Assembly: GCA_027622665.1 (NCBI GenBank)
Contig: JAQBYT010000001.1
Span: forward strand, 96,001 to 160,000
Reading direction: 5' to 3'
Source of the DNA: Verrucomicrobiota bacterium
GTDB lineage: Bacteria; Verrucomicrobiota; Verrucomicrobiia; Opitutales; Seribacteraceae
DNA length: 64,000 nucleotides
Shown here one piece after another: positions 20,005 through 28,132 of this stretch. The notes below the pieces were generated by a model. That model did not search any database, had not been told where the DNA came from, and was given only the letters and a program-made list of their open reading frames with translations. The position numbers and the translations under genes are program-made. The stretch's first letter is position 1, and each line of letters starts with the position of its first letter.

Positions 20005-21075
20005 ATGAGGCAAATAATCCACATCGATCAAGATTGTTTCTATGCATCGGTCGAGATGCGGGACAATCCAAACTTAAAAGGAATCCCATTGGGTATCGCA
20101 GGACTGGGTCAAAGGAGTGTTCTTACGACATGCAATTACGAAGCAAGGGCATTTGGTTGCCATTCCGCCATGCCTACCTTCAAAGCAATTGAGAGATGCC
20201 CGAATCTTCGTTTGGTTGCACCTAATTTTAAAAAATATCAGGCGGTTGCTCACCAAATCAGAAAAATATTCAAAGAATACACGGAATTGGTCGAACCACT
20301 GTCGTTAGATGAAGCTTATCTCGATGTATCTGCTAACAAGATAATAGCCACTGAAATTGCACGAGAAATTCGGCAAAGAATACAAAAAGAGCTCGGATTA
20401 CCTTCCTCCGCTGGAATCGGACCGAACAAGATGTTGGCAAAAATTGCAAGCGACTGGCATAAGCCAAACGGCCAGTTCGAGATTATCGAGGAGAAGGTAG
20501 CGAGCTTCATGCAAAAACTACCTGTTCGCAAACTCTGGGGAGTTGGCCCAAAGACAGAACAACAATTAATCAAACTGGGCATTCAGACCTGTGGCGATAT
20601 GCAACCCATTTCCTTATCGGAATTAATCCGTAGGTTCGGAAAATTCGGTGCAGAGTTGCACAACTTGGCCCGAGGGAAAGACGAACGGTCTGTACAACCA
20701 CATCGCGAACGAAAGTCCATAAGTGTGGAGCGAACTTTTGGTGACTTCATAACAGGTCTTGAGACTGCCTCGGAGAAGGTAAAGCTTCTCTATGAAGAGT
20801 TATATTCTGAAATTTTATATAAGGATAAATATAATTTCACATCAGGGATATTCGTGAAGATTAAATTTAGTGACTTCTCAGTTACTACTGTCAGTAAGAC
20901 CGGCCCTTCTCCATCCTTTGAAAGCTTTTTCGGCCTGTTAGAGAAAGGGATACAGAGAAACTCTAATCCAATCCGCCTACTTGGTCTAGGCGTCCGCCTA
21001 CACTCGATTATTAATAAAATCAGTCAGCTTGAATTCATCGATTTTCTTGATCCGATTAACCTAGATCATCCTTAG
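20005..21075 (+). CDS. dinB: DNA polymerase IV
   Basis: IIHIDQDCFYASVE, NYEARAFG, EPLSLDEAYLD, NKMLAKIASD..KPNG, WGVG. Confidence 0.95.
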   Translation: MRQIIHIDQDCFYASVEMRDNPNLKGIPLGIAGLGQRSVLTTCNYEARAFGCHSAMPTFKAIERCPNLRLVAPNFKKYQAVAHQIRKIFKEYTELVEPLSLDEAYLDVSANKIIATEIAREIRQRIQKELGLPSSAGIGPNKMLAKIASDWHKPNGQFEIIEEKVASFMQKLPVRKLWGVGPKTEQQLIKLGIQTCGDMQPISLSELIRRFGKFGAELHNLARGKDERSVQPHRERKSISVERTFGDFITGLETASEKVKLLYEELYSEILYKDKYNFTSGIFVKIKFSDFSVTTVSKTGPSPSFESFFGLLEKGIQRNSNPIRLLGLGVRLHSIINKISQLEFIDFLDPINLDHP

Positions 21076-21208
21076 ATTCACCCCAAGTTTCAGAATGTTT
21101 TATTTTTGGTATATCCGTAGTTATCCGTCCTGTATTTTTTCTGCTTAGAAATCTACCTTTTTGCCGAATTTATTTAAATTACTTCTCACTGTTATCAGAT
21201 CCTTTCGC

Positions 21209-21652
21209 ATGAATCTCTCTTGTTCTGAATACAAAAAAACGACGGGTTATGTCTTTTTTGTTTTGTGTTACTTGTTTTTTAGCAATTGTGCCCCGTTACC
21301 GGAAAACGCTCCCTCCAGTCGTCTGAAAGCTGCGAATAGAGCCCTAGAGGTTGGGAAGATTGATAAGGAAACTTATTTCCGTGTTGTTATTGCTGCCGAA
21401 CTTGAACAAGGCCGCAAAAACTTCGAGGAGAGGTACTTCTTGATGGCTCGGTCTCGGGAAAGCGAACTCCTGCTAGACCCACCTGCTCATACAAACTTGT
21501 ACAAACGCCTAGAGGATGCGTGCAAAACGGAAGAAATCTCGGAAGACGCCTTTAAGGAGTTATGGGGGTACGTCCGTATCCTTCAATCAGAATGGAACAG
21601 TAGACGCACAAAGGTTTCCAAAGAGCGTTTTCGCTGGGGTTATCCGGGTTAA
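21209..21652 (+). CDS. Hypothetical protein, probable lipoprotein
   Basis: Hydrophobic segment followed by FSNC lipobox-like motif; start uncertain (21161 or 21209). Confidence 0.55.
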   Translation: MNLSCSEYKKTTGYVFFVLCYLFFSNCAPLPENAPSSRLKAANRALEVGKIDKETYFRVVIAAELEQGRKNFEERYFLMARSRESELLLDPPAHTNLYKRLEDACKTEEISEDAFKELWGYVRILQSEWNSRRTKVSKERFRWGYPG

Positions 21653-21830
21653 GGGAGTCCATTCCTCCTCTGACTCTAGCTATGACACGAACTGGTCTTG
21701 CCTGTTCAAGACATTTCAGTGATATTTATAACTTCGTTCTTTAAACAGTCTTTACACGCCTTCAACCGCATCCATAGACAATCCGTTAAACCGGATTACC
21801 AACCGAGCGCGAGAGCAGCTACGGTGGTCC

Positions 21831-21878
21831 ATGGTCCAATATACCGGGATGCGCGGTTTCCGGCGTAACCGAAAATAG
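21831..21878 (+). promoter_or_regulatory. Putative leader peptide uORF (MVQYTGMRGFRRNRK)
   Basis: ATG 21831 to TAG 21878, ending 29 nt upstream of an intrinsic terminator that precedes a gene; alternative ATG at 21849. Confidence 0.55.
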
Positions 21879-21907
21879 CGCTCTCCTCGCCCGTTAACAT
21901 GTTCAGG

Positions 21908-21934
21908 AGCCGCCCGAAAGGGTCGGCTTTTTTT
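21908..21934 (+). terminator. Intrinsic terminator (attenuator) in a 5' leader
   Basis: AGCCG-CCC-GAAA-GGG-T-CGGCT hairpin with GNRA loop followed by a T7 tract, 40 nt before ATG 21975. Confidence 0.85.
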
Positions 21935-21974
21935 GTGGGCGAGAAAAGTGCGTAACCAACAGGAGATACGCGCA

Positions 21975-22223
21975 ATGTACAATACACAGAACAGACTACA
22001 GTCACACGAAGAATTGGCTGTCCGCATAGACGATACAAATAGGAACCACCATATCTGGAACAATAATGGGACTTGGTGGGTTCACTACACGATATATCCA
22101 ACGCCGGTGACGGCAGAACGCCGCCGCCGTTCTCTTCGTACGAATGACACGGCGACCGCTCGATTTCGTCGTGATGCTTTGTTTTTGGAACTATCCTTGC
22201 AGGCAGAATCCAGGGCGGCTTGA
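21975..22223 (+). CDS. Small basic hypothetical protein resembling an integrase arm-type/DUF6538-like DNA-binding domain
   Basis: AGGAGA SD at 21961-21966, ATG 21975; 82 aa with HHIWNNNGTWWVHYT and RRRRSLRTNDTATARFRRD. Confidence 0.7.
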   Translation: MYNTQNRLQSHEELAVRIDDTNRNHHIWNNNGTWWVHYTIYPTPVTAERRRRSLRTNDTATARFRRDALFLELSLQAESRAA

Positions 22224-22293
22224 TGTTACGGAAAATGTAGCATGAGCCACTTGAGCCTTGCCGACTAGAGCGAGAATGTCAAATTTGAGGTGC

Positions 22294-23586
22294 ATGAACT
22301 TCTCATGCCAACGAATCCCTTTTCTCCTCACCGTCTTGTCTCTTTCCTCCATGCTCGATCCCATATTGATCGAGGCCCAACCAAAAGGGTACAACTATGA
22401 AGAGGCGAAGGTACCCAAATTTAATTTGCCAGACCCTTTAATTTGCCTGGACGGCACAAAAGTCAAGGATGCCGAAATTTGGCAAAACAAGCGGCGACCT
22501 GAAATTCTTCGATTGTTCGAGGACGAGGTGTATGGGCGTGCTCCCGGCAAGCCACAGGCAATGCGTTTCGAGGTGGTCGAGAAGGGTGAGGACGCCTTGG
22601 GCGGCAAAGCTGTGCGCAGGCAAGTCGTCATCCATTTAGGCAAAGGCGAGAAGGCCCTCGCTGTAAACTTGCTGTTGTTCTTGCCAAAAAAGGCAAAAGG
22701 CTCCGTTCCGGGTTTTCTAACACTCAATTTTCGGGGAAATCACACAACGAACAGTGACCCTGCCATTCGCATTACAAAATCTTGGGTACCCAATGACCAC
22801 GGAACAAAAAACCACAGGGCGTCTGAGGCGGGCAGAGGTGGTCGGGCCTCACGCTGGGACATCGAGACCATCATATCCAGAGGCTATGCCTTTGGCACGA
22901 TCTATTGCGGAGACATTGATCCGGATTTCCATGACGGCTACGAAAATGGTCCCCACCCGCTCTTCCCTCCGAAAAGTGCGAAGAAGCGCAAGCCGACTGA
23001 CTGGGCATCCATCGCAGGTTGGGCTTGGGGCCTTAGCCGCGGTCTGGATTATCTTGAGACTGATGCGAATGTGGACGCCAAACGAGTCGCGGTCATGGGC
23101 CACTCCCGGCTCGGCAAAACTTCCCTGTGGGCAGGGGCCGCAGACGAACGCTTTGCTCTCGTCATTTCCAATGACTCGGGTTGTGGCGGGGCAGCCCTGA
23201 GTCGACGTAGGTTCGGCGAAACCGTCAAGCGCATCAACACCTCTTTCCCTCACTGGTTCTGTGGGAACTACAAGAAGTACAATGACAAGGAAGACGAGTG
23301 TCCCGTAGACCAGCACATGCTTATTGCCTTGGCCGCCCCGCGACCCGTGTACATCGCATCCGCCGAGGGCGACAGGTGGGCCGATCCCAACGGCGAATTC
23401 CTTTCAGCGCTGAATGCAGAGCCAGTCTACCAATTGTTCGGGCATTCATTCGGGGCTAGTAAGCAACCTCCTGTCAACAAGCCCGTCCACGGACGGATTG
23501 GCTACCATGTACGGACGGGCAAGCACGACGTAACCAGCTTCGATTGGGAGCAATACCTGAATTTCGCAGACAAGCACCTCAAGTAA
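22294..23586 (+). CDS. CE15 family glucuronoyl/acetylxylan esterase-like protein
   Basis: NYEEAKVP.F.LPDPL, WAWGLSRGLDYL, GHSRLGK nucleophile, SGCGGAA, HWFC, DQHMLIAL; signal peptide from ATG 22294. Confidence 0.88.
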   Translation: MNFSCQRIPFLLTVLSLSSMLDPILIEAQPKGYNYEEAKVPKFNLPDPLICLDGTKVKDAEIWQNKRRPEILRLFEDEVYGRAPGKPQAMRFEVVEKGEDALGGKAVRRQVVIHLGKGEKALAVNLLLFLPKKAKGSVPGFLTLNFRGNHTTNSDPAIRITKSWVPNDHGTKNHRASEAGRGGRASRWDIETIISRGYAFGTIYCGDIDPDFHDGYENGPHPLFPPKSAKKRKPTDWASIAGWAWGLSRGLDYLETDANVDAKRVAVMGHSRLGKTSLWAGAADERFALVISNDSGCGGAALSRRRFGETVKRINTSFPHWFCGNYKKYNDKEDECPVDQHMLIALAAPRPVYIASAEGDRWADPNGEFLSALNAEPVYQLFGHSFGASKQPPVNKPVHGRIGYHVRTGKHDVTSFDWEQYLNFADKHLK

Positions 23587-23605
23587 AGCTTTTGGACTAC
23601 TAACG

Positions 23606-25546
23606 ATGAAACGCTTCTCCCATCTTCTCTCATCTCTACTCCTACCCATACTCCTTGGGGCGGAGAAACCCTCTCTCGAGGACATCGAGAAGCAATTGTC
23701 CCGACCCATCCTTACGGCAGACCAATCCCTTGAGGAGGTTCAAGCCTTTTGCGAAAGTCGGGTTCCCGATGTTCCCGATTTCAAGGAACCCAATGCATGG
23801 CTTAAGGAATCAACCCGTATTCGACGAGAGGTTCTAGACAAAATCGTCTTCCGAGGATCGGAAGGGAAAAAATGGCGAAATGCTAAAACGAAAGTGGTGT
23901 GGGACGAGGTTATGGAAAACCTTCCGGGCTACCGTATTCGGAAACTACGCTTTGAAATCCTTCCGGGATGGTGGGCCCCGGCGTTGCTCTACGAACCGGA
24001 AAAGTTGTCTGGAAAGGTACCGGTCGTGGTTAACGTGAACGGACACGGTAGTGCGGGCAAGGCACTCGACTACAAACAAATCCGCTGCATAAACCAAGCC
24101 AAGCGCGGCATGCTCGCACTAAACGTGGAGTGGATCGGTATGGGCCAGCTCCGAAAAGGCGTCGTGCATTACCAGCTCGGCCAACTCGACTTATGTGGCA
24201 CTAGTGGCCTTACGCCCTTCTTTCTGAACTGTTCACGGGCCCTCGACCTGCTTCTCTCTCATCCCAACGCAGATCCCGAACGCGTAGCCGTAGCGGGCCT
24301 TTCGGGAGGTGGTTGGCAAACAATTTTCTTCAGTTCTCTCGACCACCGGGTTAAGCTTGCAAACCCCGTTGCAGGCTATTCGAGCTTTAAAACACGGGCA
24401 CGCCACTTCTCCGATCTAGGGGACTCCGAACAAACACCGAACGATCTCGCCACCATCGCCGATTACACGCACCTTACAGCCATGCTTTCGGATCGGGCTC
24501 TGCTCCTGACGAAAAACGCACAGGACAAATGTTGCTTCGCCGCGCCTCACTCTTTGCCTCCGTTGATGGAGGCGGCCAAGCCGAAATTCGCCTTGCTGGG
24601 CCGGGAAAAGTTCTTGCGTTCGCACATCAACCACGATCCGGGCACCCACAACTTCGAGAAGGACAATCGGCAGCAGCTCTACAGGATTCTCGGCGATGTC
24701 TTTTACCCGAAAAATCCCGATTACGACTGGAAGGAAATTCCATCGGGGGATGAGGTGAAGACTTATGACGAACTTGTGGTCCCTTTGCCGGAGGACAATT
24801 TGAATTTCAACAAGATCGCCCTGAGACTTGCCAAAGACTTGCCAAGGAATCCATTTCCGAAAAGGCAAACCACGCCTGAAGGTTTTCGCAGGTTGGCCAG
24901 CAATCTTCTGAAGGAAACGATCCACTTCACCAACTACGAGGCGAAGGCAGACATTATTGCCGAAGAAAAGCTCGACGAAATGAAAGTCATCCACCGCTTG
25001 TTCCGTTTCGGCAAGGAATGGTCGTCGCCCGCAACCGAGTTCGTCCCCGCGAAACCCAAAGGAACCGTCTTGCTCGTAGGTGATTCGGGGAGAGCCAAGC
25101 TCGCCAAGGAAGTGGCAAGAGCACTCGCCGAGGGGAAGCGCGTTCTCGCCATCGACCCTTTCTATTTCGGCGAATCCAAGATTCGTACCCATGACTTCCT
25201 CTTCGCCATCTTGGTTGCCGCCGTAGGGGAACGACCTCTCGGAATTCAAGCCTCGCAGATTGCCGCCTCTGCCAGTTGGTTGAGAGAGAATGCCGGAACC
25301 GCCGTGGAGATTCGTTCATACGGACCCCGTTCAAGCCTCTTCGCTCTCATCGCCGCAGTTCTTGAAAAGAAAGCCATCGGCTCACTAGAAGCCCACGATT
25401 CCCTTAAAAGCTTGAAGGAGATTCTCAACAACAATTGGGGAGCCAACAAATATCCGGAACTCCTTTGCTTCGGATTGCTGGAGCATTTCGACGTACCGCT
25501 TCTCAAAAGCCTCGCCCAACCCTCTAAGGTTACCCTCCTGCCATGA
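23606..25546 (+). CDS. Secreted alpha/beta hydrolase (acetylxylan esterase-like)
   Basis: Signal peptide, VVNVNGH, GLSGGG nucleophile elbow, D..CF and GTHN motifs; degenerate second hydrolase domain. Confidence 0.8.
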   Translation: MKRFSHLLSSLLLPILLGAEKPSLEDIEKQLSRPILTADQSLEEVQAFCESRVPDVPDFKEPNAWLKESTRIRREVLDKIVFRGSEGKKWRNAKTKVVWDEVMENLPGYRIRKLRFEILPGWWAPALLYEPEKLSGKVPVVVNVNGHGSAGKALDYKQIRCINQAKRGMLALNVEWIGMGQLRKGVVHYQLGQLDLCGTSGLTPFFLNCSRALDLLLSHPNADPERVAVAGLSGGGWQTIFFSSLDHRVKLANPVAGYSSFKTRARHFSDLGDSEQTPNDLATIADYTHLTAMLSDRALLLTKNAQDKCCFAAPHSLPPLMEAAKPKFALLGREKFLRSHINHDPGTHNFEKDNRQQLYRILGDVFYPKNPDYDWKEIPSGDEVKTYDELVVPLPEDNLNFNKIALRLAKDLPRNPFPKRQTTPEGFRRLASNLLKETIHFTNYEAKADIIAEEKLDEMKVIHRLFRFGKEWSSPATEFVPAKPKGTVLLVGDSGRAKLAKEVARALAEGKRVLAIDPFYFGESKIRTHDFLFAILVAAVGERPLGIQASQIAASASWLRENAGTAVEIRSYGPRSSLFALIAAVLEKKAIGSLEAHDSLKSLKEILNNNWGANKYPELLCFGLLEHFDVPLLKSLAQPSKVTLLP

Positions 25547-26595
25547 GTCGACTTGTCATCCCTACGCTCGTCCTAACCGTCGGACTTCTGTTCTCGATAA
25601 CGCTTTCTCAAGCTGAAAAACCCCTTGGCGTGATCGCTTTTGGCTCTTGTCTCAAGGAAAGTCGACCACAGCCGATTTGGGAGGGCGTCATAGCTGCCAA
25701 TCCCGATGTTTTCGTTCTGCTCGGCGACAACATATACGGCGACACCCGCGACATGAAGAAGCTCAGGGGCAAATGGGATGCCTTTGCCGCGGTGTCTGGA
25801 TTTAGCAAACTGAAAACGCAATGTCGCCTCCTCGCGACATGGGACGATCACGACTACGGCGAAAACGATGCCGGCATCGAATATCCGAAGAAAGCCGAGT
25901 CGCAGCAAATCTTCCTCGACTTCCTCGATGAACCCAAGGATTCCGCTCGTCGCAACACGCCAGGCATCTATGATCAAGTCACTATCGGCCCGAAAGGGAA
26001 ACGCGTTCAGTTCATCCTCTTGGACACACGCTATTTCCGCACCGCCCTGAAACGCGCGCCAAAACGAGAAAAAGGCAAGGGTCCCTATGGACCGGATGAA
26101 TCGGACAAGGCAGAGGTACTTGGGGAAGCGCAGTGGAAGTGGCTGGAGAAAACACTGCTCGAGCCAGCGGAGGTCCGCATCATTGCATCTAGTATTCAAG
26201 TCGTTTCAACGACACACGGTTGGGAAACTTGGGGAAACTTCCCGAAGGAACGGAAACGCTTCCTTGAGTTACTGAAAAGAACCAAGGCCAACGGCGTAAT
26301 CATCCTCAGCGGTGACCGACATTCCGCAGAGATCTCGAAGCTGAACGGCTCTCTCCCCTACCCTCTTTTCGACGTCACCTCCAGCGCCATGAACCAAGCG
26401 CAAAGGCCAGACGAAGAGGAAAACCGGCACCGGGAGGGCGATCGCTACTTCAGGGAAAACTTCGGCGTACTGAAGATTAATTGGTCGAAGCCCGTACCTC
26501 GCGTCACCATGGAAATTCGAGACCTTGTCGGCAAAGTGGTTCGCACGACGCAGGTCGACCTTCCTGAGTCCAGTAACCCTCGACAGTCGCCTTGA
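25543..26595 (+). CDS. phoD: Alkaline phosphatase D family metallophosphoesterase
   Basis: AFGSC, LGDNIYGD, TWDDHDYGEND, LLDTRY, LGEAQWKWL, LSGDRH. Confidence 0.9.
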   Translation: MSRLVIPTLVLTVGLLFSITLSQAEKPLGVIAFGSCLKESRPQPIWEGVIAANPDVFVLLGDNIYGDTRDMKKLRGKWDAFAAVSGFSKLKTQCRLLATWDDHDYGENDAGIEYPKKAESQQIFLDFLDEPKDSARRNTPGIYDQVTIGPKGKRVQFILLDTRYFRTALKRAPKREKGKGPYGPDESDKAEVLGEAQWKWLEKTLLEPAEVRIIASSIQVVSTTHGWETWGNFPKERKRFLELLKRTKANGVIILSGDRHSAEISKLNGSLPYPLFDVTSSAMNQAQRPDEEENRHREGDRYFRENFGVLKINWSKPVPRVTMEIRDLVGKVVRTTQVDLPESSNPRQSP

Positions 26596-26627
26596 CTTCC
26601 TTTGGCTCCAAGGAATAGGATAAGCTC

Positions 26628-28097
26628 ATGCTGATGAACCAGCCCACAGCCAACGGACACCTCTCGAGAGGCATCTCTCGTCGGGCAGCTATACGTGCGG
26701 GTACTCTGGGGTTAATGGGCGGACTGGGCATGTGCGATGTCGCACATCTGCGTGCCACGCCGGGGTCGGGCGGCACGATTCCCGTAGGTCGGGCAAAGTC
26801 CGTAATATATATCTTTCTTTCCGGAGGATTGGCCCAGCACGAAAGCTTCGACATGAAGCCGGGCGCTCCCATCGAGAACCGAGGCGAATTCAACCCGATA
26901 CCCACGAAAACAGCAGGCATCCAAATCTGCGAACACTTGCCTAAGCTGGCCAAGCTATCGAACAAATGGGCTCTGGTGCGCTCTCTTACGCATCGCCACA
27001 ACCAGCATTCGCAAGGACATCACGTTATGCTCACGGGTCGTTCGGAAGAACCCGACGGTTTCAAACCCAACAAGCCTCAGGACTCAGACGACCCTAGCAT
27101 CGCGGCCATCTGCAACTCCCTTCTTCGACCGAGTGGCTCAGCTCCAACTCCCGTAGTGGTCATGCCCGACAAGATCGTTCACCGTACCGGTCGCGTAATT
27201 CCCGGCCAATTCGCTGGACGCATGGGGAAGACCCAAGACCCGTGGCTTCTTGAAGTTTCCCCCTATCACCCGCTTCACTACGGTGCCTATCCGAATTATC
27301 TCTTTCATCATGCAAAGGGCGCCAAGGAAGACAACGGTCTCGTTTTCCGGGCACCGCACTTGTCCCTTCCTTCCGGCTTGAACTTGCGACGCGTCGCTGA
27401 CCGCACCTCCCTACGGCAAGATCTGGAAAACCAGTCTCGCACCTTGGAAAGCGCGGCCGGGGACGAAGCCTTCGACAGGTATCGCGAGGCCGCTGTCGAC
27501 TTGCTTGCCAACGGGGACGTCCATTCGGCATTCGATCTCTCGAAGGCCAATCCCAAGCAAATCGAACGCTATGGCAACCACAGTTTCGGTTGGTCTCTGC
27601 TGATGGCCCGCAACCTTGTCACCGCCGGAGTGAACCTGGTGCAAGTCAACCTCGGAAACAACGAAACTTGGGACACCCACCAAGCCGCATTTCCAAACCT
27701 AAAGAATTTCCTGCTTCCACCTCTCGACCACTCCTTGAGCGCACTGTTGGAGGACCTCGACGCCTCCGGCTTGCTCGCCGAAACAATGGTGGTGGTAGCC
27801 AGCGAATTTGGCCGAACGCCTAAAATCATCAGGCTACCCAGCGCAAAATTGCCTGGTCGGGATCATTGGGGAGCCGTCCAATCCGCTTTATTTGCCGGGG
27901 GGGGCGTGAAAGGCGGCACAGTCATTGGTTCCTCGGACAAGATCGGGGGCTACCCTGCGGATGACCCCCAAAAACCAGAAAACTTCGCCGCCACCATTTA
28001 CGATGCCCTTGGTATTCCTCGCGGAACTCATTGGAAAGACCTAGGAGGACGCCCTTACTCCGTCTACCATGCCGACCCCATCGGCGGACTAACTTGA
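26628..28097 (+). CDS. DUF1501 family protein (Tat-exported)
   Basis: SRRAAIRAG, FLSGGLAQHESFDMKP, WDTH, SEFGRTP, GRDHW. Confidence 0.9.
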   Translation: MLMNQPTANGHLSRGISRRAAIRAGTLGLMGGLGMCDVAHLRATPGSGGTIPVGRAKSVIYIFLSGGLAQHESFDMKPGAPIENRGEFNPIPTKTAGIQICEHLPKLAKLSNKWALVRSLTHRHNQHSQGHHVMLTGRSEEPDGFKPNKPQDSDDPSIAAICNSLLRPSGSAPTPVVVMPDKIVHRTGRVIPGQFAGRMGKTQDPWLLEVSPYHPLHYGAYPNYLFHHAKGAKEDNGLVFRAPHLSLPSGLNLRRVADRTSLRQDLENQSRTLESAAGDEAFDRYREAAVDLLANGDVHSAFDLSKANPKQIERYGNHSFGWSLLMARNLVTAGVNLVQVNLGNNETWDTHQAAFPNLKNFLLPPLDHSLSALLEDLDASGLLAETMVVVASEFGRTPKIIRLPSAKLPGRDHWGAVQSALFAGGGVKGGTVIGSSDKIGGYPADDPQKPENFAATIYDALGIPRGTHWKDLGGRPYSVYHADPIGGLT

Positions 28098-28132
28098 TCG
28101 ATTTCTGTTTTCGGGACCCCTAGACAACAGTC

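Noticed and set aside
24416..25249. Long antisense ORFs (also 28835-29467, 30284-30952, 32609-33247, 33275-33892, 42947-43570)
   Set aside because: They lie opposite well-supported genes with strong codon bias and show no recognisable motifs; treated as shadow ORFs.
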